Positions 20,854 through 32,095 of a DNA stretch of 64,000 nt are shown here, piece after piece. The position numbers were made by a program, and so were the translations under genes. The first letter of the stretch is position 1; each line of letters begins with the position of its first letter. The stretch is from Nostoc sp. Lineage in GTDB: Bacteria > Cyanobacteriota > Cyanobacteriia > Cyanobacteriales > Nostocaceae. The stretch lies in assembly GCA_036918135.1 (NCBI GenBank), contig JBALDB010000028.1, positions 96,001-160,000 on the forward strand, read 5' to 3'. Under the pieces are notes generated by a model. That model was given only the letters and a program-made list of their open reading frames with translations. It did no database searches and was not told where the DNA came from.

Positions 20854-23091
20854 ATGCTCAACGTATCCACTCACAATTCTCAACAAAATCAGCAACTGAT
20901 TGACACTACTGACTGGAACGTTATTGAAACGGAATTCGATCCGACACAGTTGCATCACAAAGAAACTGTTTTTACCCTTGGTAATGGCTATTTAGGAGTG
21001 CGAGGTACTTTTGAGGAAGGGTATTCGCAGGATATTCCGGCCACACTCATTCATGGTGTTTATGATGATGTGACAATCGCTCATACTGAGCTTGTGAACT
21101 GTCCTAACTGGTTGCCATTGATAGTAAAAGTAGCAGGTGAACGCTTTAGCATAGATAGTGGTGAAATTCTCAACTACGAGCGGCAGCTTGATTTACGTTT
21201 GGGTTTAGTTAGCCGTGATGTGCGCTGGCGTAGTCCTAGTGGTCATACCTTAGATTTTCAGTTTCAGCGGTTCGCTAGTTTGGCAGATCAACATGTTTTA
21301 GCGATTCGTACTTCTGTGACATCGGTAGACTTTGAAGGTGAGATCGTCGTTGAAGCGGGGTTTGATCCCGAACCACATACCCAAGGCGTTAGACATTGGC
21401 GAACCCTAAATCAAGGGGGTATAGATCGAATCATCTGGCTAAATAGCCAAACTCTGCACTCAGGTATTCAACTGGGCATGGCGGCTAAGTTAGTGATAGA
21501 CGATCGGACTATACCCGTGCGCGTTGAAAATGCTTGCAGTTCTCCTACTTTGGCAACTAGCTTAGAGTTTTACCCAGGAAAAACGGTGACTGTGGAAAAG
21601 ATTGTCACTGTGTTTACTTCACGAGAGACAGAAGTCCCGATTGCCGCAGCGATAGAAAGGTTAGGTAACGAACCCAGGTACGCTACTTTGTTAGCCGCTC
21701 ACATTGCTGCATGGGAACAAGTGTGGCAAGACAGTGACATTATTATTGAAGGCGATCGCCAAGCTCAATTAAGTGTCCGTTATAATCTCTTTCAATTACT
21801 AGCCGTAACACCGCGTCACGATAACCGAGTGAGTATCCCTCCCAAAACCCTCTCCGGTTTTGCCTATCGCGGACACATCTTTTGGGATACAGAAATTTTC
21901 ATTATTCCCTTCCTCACCTTCACTCAACCAGCTCTAGCCCGGAACTTGCTCACCTACCGCTATCACACTTTACCAGGAGCTAGACGTAAAGCCCAAGAAG
22001 CAGGTTATCAAGGAGCGATGTTTGCTTGGGAAAGTGCTATGACTGGCGATGAAGTCACCCCGCGCTGGGTACCAACTCCTAACGGCGAATTAGTTCGTAT
22101 TTGGTGCGGTGACATCGAAGTCCATATCAGCGCAGATATCGCTTATGCAGTATTACACTATTGGCACACCACTAACGATGATGAATGGATGCGGGATTAC
22201 GGCGCCGAAATTATCCTAGATACGGCAGTTTTCTGGGAAAGTCGGGTGCAGTGGAACCAACAGCGCCACAACTATGACATCCTGGATGTGATTGGGCCTG
22301 ATGAAAATCACGATCGCGTTGATAATAATGCCTTCACCAATCTCATGGTACAGTGGCATTTACAATCAGCTTTAGCATTGTGGGACTGGCTCAAACAAGC
22401 CTACCCCGAAACCTCAGCCCAATTGGTGCAAAAACTCAACTTAACTACACAACGTCTGCACAGATGGGCAGAAATCCCAGAGCATCTATTTGTTAATCAA
22501 GATGCAAAAACAGGCTTAATTGAGCAGTTTGAAGGTTTTTTCCAGCTAGAAGAGATTAATTTTGCTGATTACGAACCGCGTAGCAAATCTCTGCAAGGTC
22601 TATTGGGAATTGAAGCCACAAGCCAAAAGCAGATTCTCAAGCAGCCAGATGTATTGATGCTTTTGTATTTGCTGCGGGAACGTTACGACCATAACACTCT
22701 GGCTACCAACTGGGATTATTACAGCCAGCGCACCGACCACACCTATGGTTCATCACTCGGCCCAGCCATTCACGCCATCTTAGCCTGCGATTTGAATCAA
22801 CCAACCGAAGCTTATACGCATTTTATGCGATCGGCCTTAGTAGACTTGGAAGATATCCGGCTCAATGCAGGTGAAGGAATTCACGCCGCCAGTGCTGGAG
22901 GAGTTTGGCAAGCAGTAGTCTTTGGATTTGCTGGTATCCGCATGACTCAATTTGGCCCTGTGGCTTGTCCCAATTTACCACCTAATTGGACGCGTCTGAA
23001 GTTTCGCCTGCAATGGCGTAACGAGTGGTATGACTTTGACTTAGGAGCCAAAACAGAAGTAGAAGTTCCAGTTTGGGAGATGAAAGCGTGA
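20854..23091 (+). CDS. Glycoside hydrolase family 65 (trehalose/kojibiose/maltose phosphorylase-like)
   Basis: ETVFTLGNGYLGVRG, YRGHIFWDTE, VIGPDE, KQPDVLML, GSSLG, GIHAASAGG. ATG at 20854 preferred over TTG at 20788. Confidence 0.93.
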   Translation: MLNVSTHNSQQNQQLIDTTDWNVIETEFDPTQLHHKETVFTLGNGYLGVRGTFEEGYSQDIPATLIHGVYDDVTIAHTELVNCPNWLPLIVKVAGERFSIDSGEILNYERQLDLRLGLVSRDVRWRSPSGHTLDFQFQRFASLADQHVLAIRTSVTSVDFEGEIVVEAGFDPEPHTQGVRHWRTLNQGGIDRIIWLNSQTLHSGIQLGMAAKLVIDDRTIPVRVENACSSPTLATSLEFYPGKTVTVEKIVTVFTSRETEVPIAAAIERLGNEPRYATLLAAHIAAWEQVWQDSDIIIEGDRQAQLSVRYNLFQLLAVTPRHDNRVSIPPKTLSGFAYRGHIFWDTEIFIIPFLTFTQPALARNLLTYRYHTLPGARRKAQEAGYQGAMFAWESAMTGDEVTPRWVPTPNGELVRIWCGDIEVHISADIAYAVLHYWHTTNDDEWMRDYGAEIILDTAVFWESRVQWNQQRHNYDILDVIGPDENHDRVDNNAFTNLMVQWHLQSALALWDWLKQAYPETSAQLVQKLNLTTQRLHRWAEIPEHLFVNQDAKTGLIEQFEGFFQLEEINFADYEPRSKSLQGLLGIEATSQKQILKQPDVLMLLYLLRERYDHNTLATNWDYYSQRTDHTYGSSLGPAIHAILACDLNQPTEAYTHFMRSALVDLEDIRLNAGEGIHAASAGGVWQAVVFGFAGIRMTQFGPVACPNLPPNWTRLKFRLQWRNEWYDFDLGAKTEVEVPVWEMKA

Positions 23092-23381
23092 AAATTTGTT
23101 GATTTTTTTGGTGTTGCTGATTAGAGCTAGGAGTTTAGCGTTCTTCTCCTGTCGCAGAGGCTGTACGAATGCGGTTCGTTAAAATTATGTATTTCTTCAG
23201 CGCCAAGAGAGTAATCAACAAAGTTCAAAGACTCGTTGACGAGTATTTGAGGTGGATTCATCTATAGCGGCTATCACTTCGTTGCAATACAGTCGTAACC
23301 CCAAAAATGCAAAAGCTCCCCTCCCTGCTAGCAAGGAGGAGTTGGGGGTGGGGTTGAACGCTAAGTAAAATCAATGAACAA

Positions 23382-23442
23382 TCAACAGTTACCAGTTATC
23401 AAGATTCATCTTATAACTGGTAACTGCTAACTGATAACTGTT
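23382..23442. repeat. Inverted heptamer (STRR-type) repeats; probable terminator hairpin
   Basis: AACAGTTACCAGTTATC...TAACTGGTAACTGCTAACTGATAACTGTT between convergent genes. Confidence 0.55.
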
Positions 23443-23932
23443 AATAACGACCCCAGTTGCGATCGCGCTCATAGCGATAGCGATCGTTACGGATGTTGTA
23501 AAGGTTATTATCCCGATCGGGGCGGCGATAATTATCGCGCTCATAGCGACGGTTAACGTCACGAATGTTGCGATAGTTATTATCCTGATCGTGGCGGCGA
23601 TTACGATCGCGTTCATAACGGCGATAATTATCGCGTTCATAGCGGTAGTTACGATCGCGGTCATGGCGGCGATAATTATCGCGCTCATAGCGGTGCTTGC
23701 GCTCGCGCTCATAGCGGTCATGATTATCGCGAATGTTGCGAAAATCGCGATCGCGGTCATAATCATCACGTTTGTGGTGACGACTTTGAAGTTGATAGTT
23801 ACCATCATCGTTATGATGATAGCTGTAACTATCTAACTCAGCAAGATAAGACGCATCAGCTTTTGGAGAAATAGCCAAAGCTGAAGCAGACGCTATCAAG
23901 CCTGCCAGAAAAATAGAGGCAAAGCGGTTCAT
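23441..23932 (-). CDS. Secreted low-complexity R/D/Y/N-rich repeat protein
   Basis: Sec-type signal peptide (MNRFASIFLAGLIASASALA...ADA) followed by repeated YERDNYRR / RNIRD units. Confidence 0.8.
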   Translation of the reverse strand: MNRFASIFLAGLIASASALAISPKADASYLAELDSYSYHHNDDGNYQLQSRHHKRDDYDRDRDFRNIRDNHDRYERERKHRYERDNYRRHDRDRNYRYERDNYRRYERDRNRRHDQDNNYRNIRDVNRRYERDNYRRPDRDNNLYNIRNDRYRYERDRNWGRY

Positions 23933-24353
23933 GATGTGAATCGATTGTTGATAGTAATTTATGCAAGTCCAGTCTGTTTACGAAGAGCAGATTCCACAAG
24001 TCTTTAGATTAATCCTAACAGTATTGAATCAAGAAGAAAAGTTTCCTTAGGTGCGATGATTGAAAAAATTTTTGTCATCTGTGATACTTTTTGATTTTGA
24101 TAATTCAGATTGATACGTAATATTGTTAGTTAAATCAACAAACTATAACTTAGGATTACTTGGGTAGATGTTGAGCGATCGCTTTTTTGCACTTCTGCTA
24201 CTTTTTGCAGTACTAGTGTTTTCAGCTTGGATAACAGTTCACCATGCCTATCTGCTGAAGATGATTGATTCAATATATCTAAAACTTCTTGAGCAATTTT
24301 GAGAGCTCGCTGTCGTCGCAGTTTTGACCAAAGTAATTTACATGTAAATATTC

Positions 24354-24407
24354 ATGAACAACCGTCTGCCAAATATCCACCCTGGCGAAATCCTACAACT
24401 AGAATGA
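24354..24407 (+). pseudogene. N-terminal remnant of a HigA-family antitoxin
   Basis: Manual translation MNNRLPNIHPGEILQLE*; HPGEIL is the hallmark start of HigA/VapI antitoxins. Confidence 0.65.
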
Positions 24408-24489
24408 TTGGCTCTAATTTTGGGCTTGTAGCTACAGTCAACAAAAAAATTGTCGTCAAAGCACCAGCCTAGTTTTACGTCCCTCAAGT

Positions 24490-24633
24490 ACACCCTTCCC
24501 TACAGGACGCTGCGCGAACGGTGTCGCCTTCTCTTTCAGAGACGCTTGCGCGTAGCTTGCTTCCCCGTAGGGGTACGGCTACGCTTAGGGCAAGCTCAGG
24601 CCGAGAAGCTCTGCGGCCATCGTAGACATCGCA
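24490..24633. repeat. Cluster of nested small dispersed repeats
   Basis: GACGCTGCGCGAACGG, GAGACGCTTGCGCGTAGCTTGCTTCCCCGTAGGGGTAC (reverse complement of the 1510-1545 unit) and CCATCGTAGACATCGC. Confidence 0.7.
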
Positions 24634-24687
24634 TAACCTCAAGGGATGCTGGGAATAATAATTTTGGGACATTTATACCAAAATTCT

Positions 24688-25539
24688 ATGAAACAGCAAA
24701 AAAATCAATTTAGCCATCTTACTGCGATCGAAAGAAGTTATCTATCATTTCCGGCACAGTTTTTATTAAATCAAAACCTTCTCCAAGGCAAAATACTAGA
24801 CTTTGGTTGTGGCTTTGGTAATGATGTGAAAATATTACGCCAAAAAGGTTGTGATATTACAGGCTACGATCCTTATTATTTTCCAGAATATCCTCATAAT
24901 AAATTTGATACAATAATTTGCTTTTATGTTTTAAATGTTTTATTTCCTGAAGAACAAGCTAATACTATCATGCAAGTATCACACTTATTAAAAGCCGGAG
25001 GAAAAGCTTATTACGCTGTAAGAAGAGATATTAAAAAAGAAGGATTTCGCCAACATTATATTTATCAAAAGCCTACTTATCAATGTATTGTAAAACTTCC
25101 TTTTGATTCACTTTATTTAGATGAACATCGGGAGGTTTATAAATATATTCACTATAATCATCAGCAAAATTCCTCTAATCATTGTATATTTTGTAATCCC
25201 CGGAGAAATCTCAAGCTGTTAACCGAATCAGCAACCGCTTACGCTATACTTGATGGCTATCCTATAAGTCAAGGACATGTTTTAGTTATTCCTAAACGTC
25301 ATGTTAGCAATTATTTTGAACTGCCATTTAAAGAACAATCTGCTTGTTGGTTTATGATAAATAAGGTACAAGAGATTCTGAAAGCTGAATTTGAACCCGA
25401 TGGTTTTAATGTAGGAATGAACATCAATCGAGAAGCAGGCCAAAATATTATGCACGTCAGTATTCATATCATTCCTCGTTACAAAGGTGATACTGTTTCT
25501 CTCAAAAGTGGAATCAGAAACGTTATTCCTAAAAAGTAG
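24688..25539 (+). CDS. Class I SAM methyltransferase-HIT domain fusion
   Basis: ILDFGCGFG..D, GYDPYY, FDTIICFYVLNV; C-terminal CIFC, DGYPISQGHVLVIPKRH, DGFNVGMN...AGQ..HVSIHIIPR. Confidence 0.85.
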   Translation: MKQQKNQFSHLTAIERSYLSFPAQFLLNQNLLQGKILDFGCGFGNDVKILRQKGCDITGYDPYYFPEYPHNKFDTIICFYVLNVLFPEEQANTIMQVSHLLKAGGKAYYAVRRDIKKEGFRQHYIYQKPTYQCIVKLPFDSLYLDEHREVYKYIHYNHQQNSSNHCIFCNPRRNLKLLTESATAYAILDGYPISQGHVLVIPKRHVSNYFELPFKEQSACWFMINKVQEILKAEFEPDGFNVGMNINREAGQNIMHVSIHIIPRYKGDTVSLKSGIRNVIPKK

Positions 25540-25655
25540 TAGTTTTTCTTTGCTGATAGCTTTAGTTTTAGTAGTAAAACTAGACTTTTGACAACTACGT
25601 AAATCTCAAAAAGCTGATTTTTCGGTTTTGTTGAAAATCTTACCAAATATTTTAG

Positions 25656-26438
25656 TTAACCGAGATTATCTGGATCTATTCCCAGCGCTCTTAATTGTTC
25701 CGCCAACTGTTGAATACGTTGTTCTGCAACTTGAATACGTTGTTCTGCAACTTGAGCGCGTTGTGCTTCTTGCTGGGCACGTTGTGCTTCTTGCTGGGCG
25801 CGTTGTGCTTGTTGTTGGGCGCGTTGTGCTTCTTGTTTAATTTGTTCTGCTGGTGTGAGATACCGTTTTCCAGCCTCATCATACCAATACATCCATTCCC
25901 GTGTTACGCCGGAATAATTTCCCCGTTCGCAACCAATTCCTAAACCAATTTCTGGTAGCCAAACCGGGTTTCCATTCTGCAATTCATACTTACTATTAAC
26001 TAACTTATGCACTTCCAATCGTGGTTTGCGGCGACGACGAGGCGAATAAATCACGTAGTAAAGTACATCCAAAGCTGCATATTCATCCAATTTAGCGCTG
26101 TATTCTTTGCGATAATTTTGGGAAACTACTTCTAGTACTAAAATTGGTACAACGTTTTCATCCCAAAGCACATAACTGGGACGCAGCTCCTCATCATAAA
26201 ATCGCTCTACTCCTAAGCTCAAAAACCCATCTGGAACAATGGCCGGGAGATCTGGGTGATAATAAATAGCCATATCTATCCCAAAGAACCAGTCCATGCG
26301 CTCTGCCCAGAGTATCAGCAATATCGCCTTCAGCAAGCCTGGTATCAATTCTTGCAGTTCATTATCCACAGGGGTTTCATCAGAGTCGGGTAGTTCCTCG
26401 GCTGAGGGCAAGTACCTTGGCAAGTTGTACTCTAACAT
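25656..26438 (-). CDS. Uma2 (DUF820) family endonuclease-like protein with coiled-coil tail
   Basis: LPDSDETPVDNELQ, IVPDGF, LVLEVVS, EY..K...Y; tail of 7-aa repeats EAQRAQQ/AEQRIQ (21-bp tandem at ~25705-25835). Confidence 0.9.
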   Translation of the reverse strand: MLEYNLPRYLPSAEELPDSDETPVDNELQELIPGLLKAILLILWAERMDWFFGIDMAIYYHPDLPAIVPDGFLSLGVERFYDEELRPSYVLWDENVVPILVLEVVSQNYRKEYSAKLDEYAALDVLYYVIYSPRRRRKPRLEVHKLVNSKYELQNGNPVWLPEIGLGIGCERGNYSGVTREWMYWYDEAGKRYLTPAEQIKQEAQRAQQQAQRAQQEAQRAQQEAQRAQVAEQRIQVAEQRIQQLAEQLRALGIDPDNLG

Positions 26439-26930
26439 GGTTGGTTTTCCCAAAACTCAAATGATACTTGGTTTTTTGGCTCACCAGAATTATAGCGATT
26501 TCGAGTGGCAGAGGTGTTCTAACAAATTTACCAGAGCGATCGCACAAGCTAAAAGCTTTACAACCTCTGCCTAACTCCAACAAGTAAACAAAAAGTTTCG
26601 ACTAGTTGAGGTAACCAAGCAGGCATATTCCGCAAACTTGCTGAAACTGAGAAAATTTTTGGTAACTTTTAACTATTAATAAATATATCGAGTTTGATGC
26701 TATTCATGCTTTATATTTAGCGAGAGGGTAGTGCAAATACTCACTCATCTTCAAATACTAGGAGGCAGTACACATCACCACAAGCAACTCACGTTCTGAT
26801 ATCATCGGTACGCAGTGTAACTCAAGGTTAAGTTGATATTAAAACGGATAATTTTTGCTGAATTGCGACAGATAAAGACTAAACTAAAAAGTCTTGTGCA
26901 GCAAAACCTGTAGCTTTAAATAAAGTAATC

Positions 26931-28511
26931 ATGTCTAAGGTTCTTGTATCTGATACTATTGACCAAGCTGGAATTGACATTCTTTCTCAAGTTGCTACTG
27001 TTGATGTCAAAACAGGTCTCAAACCAGCGGAACTAATAGAAATTATTGGTGAGTATGACGCGCTGATGATTCGCTCTGGTACGCGCGTCACCCAAGAAAT
27101 TATTGAAGCCGGCACCCAGCTCAAAATTATCGGTCGTGCTGGTGTGGGTGTAGATAATGTAGATGTTCCTGCCGCCACACGCCGAGGAATTGTAGTAGTC
27201 AATTCTCCAGAGGGAAACACCATCGCTGCTGCTGAACATGCTCTAGCGATGATTTTGGCTTTGTCTCGTCACATCCCCGATGCTAACGCTTCGGTGAAAC
27301 GCGGTGCATGGGATCGCAATAGCTTTATCGGTGCAGAAGTCTACAAAAAAACTCTCGGTATTGTTGGTTTAGGTAAAATTGGCTCCCATGTAGCTGCTGT
27401 GGCTAAGGCAATGGGAATGAAACTCCTAGCTTATGACCCCTTTATCTCCACAGAACGAGCCGAACAAATTGGCTGTCAGTTAGTAGATCTGGATTTACTC
27501 TTCCAGCAAGCAGATTATATTACCTTACACATCCCTAAAACCCCAGAAACCACCCACTTAATCAATGCCACAACCTTGGCAAAGATGAAACCCACAGCCC
27601 GGATTGTCAATTGCGCTCGTGGTGGCATCATTGAGGAAACAGCTTTAGCAGCAGCAATCAAAGCTGGTAAAATCGCAGGTGCAGCCTTGGATGTGTTCGA
27701 GTCAGAACCATTGGGAGAATCGGAATTGCGATCGCTAGGCAAGGAAGTCATCCTCACCCCACACTTGGGTGCATCCACCACGGAAGCACAAGTAAATGTA
27801 GCCATTGATGTCGCCGAACAAATTCGGGATGTGCTTTTGGGACTACCAGCGCGTTCTGCCGTTAACATTCCCGGACTCGGGCCCGATGTATTGGAAGAAC
27901 TCAAACCATACATGCAACTAGCAGAAACTCTAGGTAATCTAGTCGGACAGCTAGCTGGCGGACGAGTGGAAGTCCTGAATGTGCGGCTCCAAGGCGAACT
28001 CGCGACCAACAAAAGTCAGCCTTTGGTGGTAGCTGCTCTCAAAGGATTACTTTACCAAGCTTTGCGGGAACGCGTAAATTATGTAAATGCCAGCATTGAA
28101 GCCAAAGAACGCGGAATTCGAGTGATTGAAACCCGCGATGCTTCCATTAGAGACTATGCCGGTACGCTGCATTTAGAAGCCACGGGTACTTTAGGTACTC
28201 ATTCTGTCACAGGTGCTTTGTTGGGTGAGCGAGAAATCCACCTCACCGACGTTGACGGTTTCCCGATTAACGTTCCACCCAGCAAATATATGGTATTTAC
28301 CCTACACCGCGATATGCCAGGGATTATCGGTAAACTCGGTTCGCTACTCGGTAGTTTCAATGTGAATATTGCCAGTATGCAAGTCGGTCGTAAAATCGTT
28401 CGTGGTGATGCAGTCATGGCTTTGAGCATAGATGACCCTTTACCTGAGGGTATTTTAGATGAGATTATTAAAGTTCCTGGTATTCGGGACGCGTATACAG
28501 TAACTCTATAA
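26931..28511 (+). CDS. serA: D-3-phosphoglycerate dehydrogenase
   Basis: GRAGVGVDNVD, GIVGLGKIG, NCARGG, TPHLGAST, C-terminal ACT domain (HRDMPGIIG). Confidence 0.97.
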   Translation: MSKVLVSDTIDQAGIDILSQVATVDVKTGLKPAELIEIIGEYDALMIRSGTRVTQEIIEAGTQLKIIGRAGVGVDNVDVPAATRRGIVVVNSPEGNTIAAAEHALAMILALSRHIPDANASVKRGAWDRNSFIGAEVYKKTLGIVGLGKIGSHVAAVAKAMGMKLLAYDPFISTERAEQIGCQLVDLDLLFQQADYITLHIPKTPETTHLINATTLAKMKPTARIVNCARGGIIEETALAAAIKAGKIAGAALDVFESEPLGESELRSLGKEVILTPHLGASTTEAQVNVAIDVAEQIRDVLLGLPARSAVNIPGLGPDVLEELKPYMQLAETLGNLVGQLAGGRVEVLNVRLQGELATNKSQPLVVAALKGLLYQALRERVNYVNASIEAKERGIRVIETRDASIRDYAGTLHLEATGTLGTHSVTGALLGEREIHLTDVDGFPINVPPSKYMVFTLHRDMPGIIGKLGSLLGSFNVNIASMQVGRKIVRGDAVMALSIDDPLPEGILDEIIKVPGIRDAYTVTL

Positions 28512-28579
28512 AGGCAAAAGTAAAAAGGCAAAAGTAAAGAGAAATCCTTTTTCTTTTGCCTTTTACCTTTTTACTTTTT
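28511..28579. repeat. Inverted heptamer repeats (AAAAGGC/AAAAGTA) forming an intergenic hairpin
   Basis: AAGGCAAAAGTAAAAAGGCAAAAG versus CTTTTGCCTTTTACCTTTTACTTTT. Confidence 0.65.
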
Positions 28580-28580
28580 T

Positions 28581-29501
28581 ATGGCAAACACTTGGTGGGA
28601 ACTACAAATTTTATGCGAACCAGACCTAGAAGATTCTATCTTTTGGCGGCTGGAAGATTTTGGCTGTCGTGGCACAGCTAGTGAAAGCAAAGGAAATTCC
28701 TCTTTAGTCAGAGGTTACTTGCCAACAATTCAAACACAACTGCTAGATTTGGCAGCACTATCGCTGCGGCTGCGTCAAGATGCCCTGTGTGTAGGACTTT
28801 TGCCTCCTACAGTGCGCTGGCAATTGATTGATGAAGAAGATTGGGCAACTAGTTGGAAGCAATACTGGCAGCCCCAAGAAATTGGCGATCGCTTTTTAAT
28901 TAACCCCGCTTGGCTACCATCACCAGAAACAACCGAACGCTTAGTAATTCGTCTCGACCCAGGTGTAGCATTTGGTACGGGCGGTCATGCCACAACTCAG
29001 CTATGTTTAGAATCTCTGGAAATGCGTCTGAGTCAATTACCACAATTTGTTGTTGATACTAATAGTAAACAAGAACATACGATAATTGCGGATATAGGCT
29101 GCGGCTCTGGTATCCTTTCCATTGGAGCGTTACTACTGGGAGCAGAGAAAGTCTATGCAGTGGATACTGACCCCTTGGCAGTGCAATCAACTATTAGTAA
29201 CCGCACACTGAATGACATTAATCCAGAACGTTTACTACCTGCACAAGGAAGCGTAGACGTTTTGACAAAACTGCTGTCAAACCCGGTGGACGGTATCGTT
29301 TGTAATATTTTGGCTGATGTGATAATCGAGTTAGTGCCAGAAATGAGTGCGATCGCTAAGCCTAGCACTTGGGCTATTTTCAGTGGTATTTTACTCGAAC
29401 AATCCAAAGCTGTCGCTGACGCCTTAGAAAAACATGGTTGGGTCGTTGCTACTCTGTGGAAGCGCAAAGAATGGTGTTGTTTGAATGTAAGGCGTTCTTA
29501 A
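28581..29501 (+). CDS. prmA: 50S ribosomal protein L11 methyltransferase
   Basis: [46 protein letters not shown]. Confidence 0.96.
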   Translation: MANTWWELQILCEPDLEDSIFWRLEDFGCRGTASESKGNSSLVRGYLPTIQTQLLDLAALSLRLRQDALCVGLLPPTVRWQLIDEEDWATSWKQYWQPQEIGDRFLINPAWLPSPETTERLVIRLDPGVAFGTGGHATTQLCLESLEMRLSQLPQFVVDTNSKQEHTIIADIGCGSGILSIGALLLGAEKVYAVDTDPLAVQSTISNRTLNDINPERLLPAQGSVDVLTKLLSNPVDGIVCNILADVIIELVPEMSAIAKPSTWAIFSGILLEQSKAVADALEKHGWVVATLWKRKEWCCLNVRRS

Positions 29502-29850
29502 GCAAACAATATTAATTGCGATTGCCCTGCAAACAACCTAATTATTTCTTTTGGCACAGTCACTAGCTTTAGTTGAATTGGTACTTTTGGATCGCCTGTT
29601 CAATCTTGTAAGTCACTAAATTGATTCTGTTTTTAACTTTATCAAAATCAATATTCACCCATATATAGGCTTTGTTAGATATCTCTTGTCTAGGCATAGC
29701 TAGTATTACTTGTCAACACAATTTTTTATATCTATACAATATAGCTATCCTAATTTCTCAACCACTTTCTTAAGACATATAAGTAGATATGCCTTAATAT
29801 TTACTTTAGATTTTACTTGGTAGTAGTTTATCAAATGGTAATTCGTGAGT

Positions 29851-29953
29851 TATAGCCGTAATCACACTCTTTAGGACACAAGGATGGGGTGAAAGAAGAG
29901 AGTTAGCAATAAGTTTTACCTCCAGCAAGAACTGCCCTCTGCCTCCTGCTATA
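29851..29953. mobile_element. MITE-like element, copy 1
   Basis: About 103 bp bounded by TATAGC...GCTATA; closely similar to 62524-62629 (shared CACACTCTTTA.GACACAAGGATGGGGTGAA). Confidence 0.7.
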
Positions 29954-30032
29954 GCATAGCAAGCAGTCTACGCTACTAAAAAAGACGCGACATTTCGCGC
30001 CTTTGGAGACTAAACCAAATTCTCAATGCTAC

Positions 30033-30350
30033 CTAAATAATTGTTTTTAGCTGTTCCACCAACTGCGCTGCTTGTCTTACACCTTCAATTCGCTCCACAG
30101 GCTGACCCTTCTTAAATAGTACTAGGGTTGGTAAGGCATAGATTTCATACTGGCTTGCCAATTGTGTGTATTTTTCCGTGTCAATTTTGACAATCCGCAG
30201 GCGATCCTTGAGTTGGGCATTCACTTGCTCTAAAATTGGCACCATCATCTGACATGGGCCACACCATTCAGCGTAAAAATCCACTAATACAGGTACATCG
30301 GAATCAGATAGCATCTCTTCAAAGCTGTTAAATTGTTTTTTAGTTGCCAT
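30033..30350 (-). CDS. trxA: Thioredoxin
   Basis: PVLVDFYAEWCGPC, ALPTLVLFKKG; ATG at 30350. Thioredoxin subtype not resolved. Confidence 0.93.
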   Translation of the reverse strand: MATKKQFNSFEEMLSDSDVPVLVDFYAEWCGPCQMMVPILEQVNAQLKDRLRIVKIDTEKYTQLASQYEIYALPTLVLFKKGQPVERIEGVRQAAQLVEQLKTII

Positions 30351-30953
30351 GTGATACACACCGCTTTTCAATTGTTTGTTTCAATGGTAATTCTTAGAAA
30401 ATAAAATAGGTATATGTTTATGGGTTTTTCTTAGGAAAATATTAGATTAGTCAACATAAACTAGTTAATCAGCAAAAAAAATTAAATAATTCTAATAAAA
30501 TCAATATATTATATTATTTTATGCATCGGAATTAGATATTTATTTATACCTATCTCAACCAACCAAATAATTATACAGAGTTTCACGACACTGATGTCTA
30601 TACTACTTGCTAGTTTATCTAATTTGGCAATGTCTGTCTTGAAAAATCCAGAGCAGTGTCAGCCGTCGCTTTGACTTTTCGCTACGACAAGCTCGCCTAC
30701 GCAGTTATAATTAAATCGATAATATGTTTTAACTTCTCCAAATATTAATATAAAAATAACTAGAGATAGTTAATTGAACTAAAAATATGATATTCAAAGA
30801 ATTAGAAGCAAAATTGCTCAACTGACTATAATTTGTATCATGGAAGCAAGATTACTACTCGGCAATAATTAGATTTTATCCAAACAATATTCAGATGTTC
30901 CCTAAATCACCATAAGATAATTAGCGCGGTATTCTCAGATTCAGGAACATTAA

Positions 30954-31762
<809 letters not shown>

Positions 31763-31788
31763 TAAACTCAGGATATCTTGCAATCAAA

Positions 31789-32012
31789 AGGTCAAAGTTG
31801 AGCCTCAGAAGGTCAAAGTTGAGCCTCAGAAGGTCAAAGTTGAACCTCAGAAGGTGAAAGTTGAGCCTCAGAAGGTGAAAGTTGAACCTCAAAAGGTGAA
31901 AGTTGAACCTCAAAAGGTGAAAGTTGAGCCTCAGAAGGTGAAAGTTGAGCCTCAGAAGGTGAAAGTTGAACCTCAGAAGGTGAAAGTTGAGCCTCAGAAG
32001 GTGAAAGTTGAG
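31789..32012. repeat. 21-bp tandem repeat, 10 full units plus a partial one
   Basis: Unit AGGT(G/C)AAAGTTGA(G/A)CCTCA(G/A)A, head to tail with no spacers. Confidence 0.95.
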
Positions 32013-32095
32013 TTTGAGCGGATCGCACTTTTTACTTTTATAATTTTATGAGTTGAGGCGAACTTATAAATTGCTATCTCTTGCTGTGTTTTTTG

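Noticed and set aside
23389..23836. Hydrophobic I/A/T/M-rich ORFs in alternative frames
   Set aside because: By-products of the repeat; only the R/D/Y frame has a signal peptide and a plausible start.
31789..32012. CRISPR array
   Set aside because: Units are head to tail with no unique spacers, and no cas genes are present.
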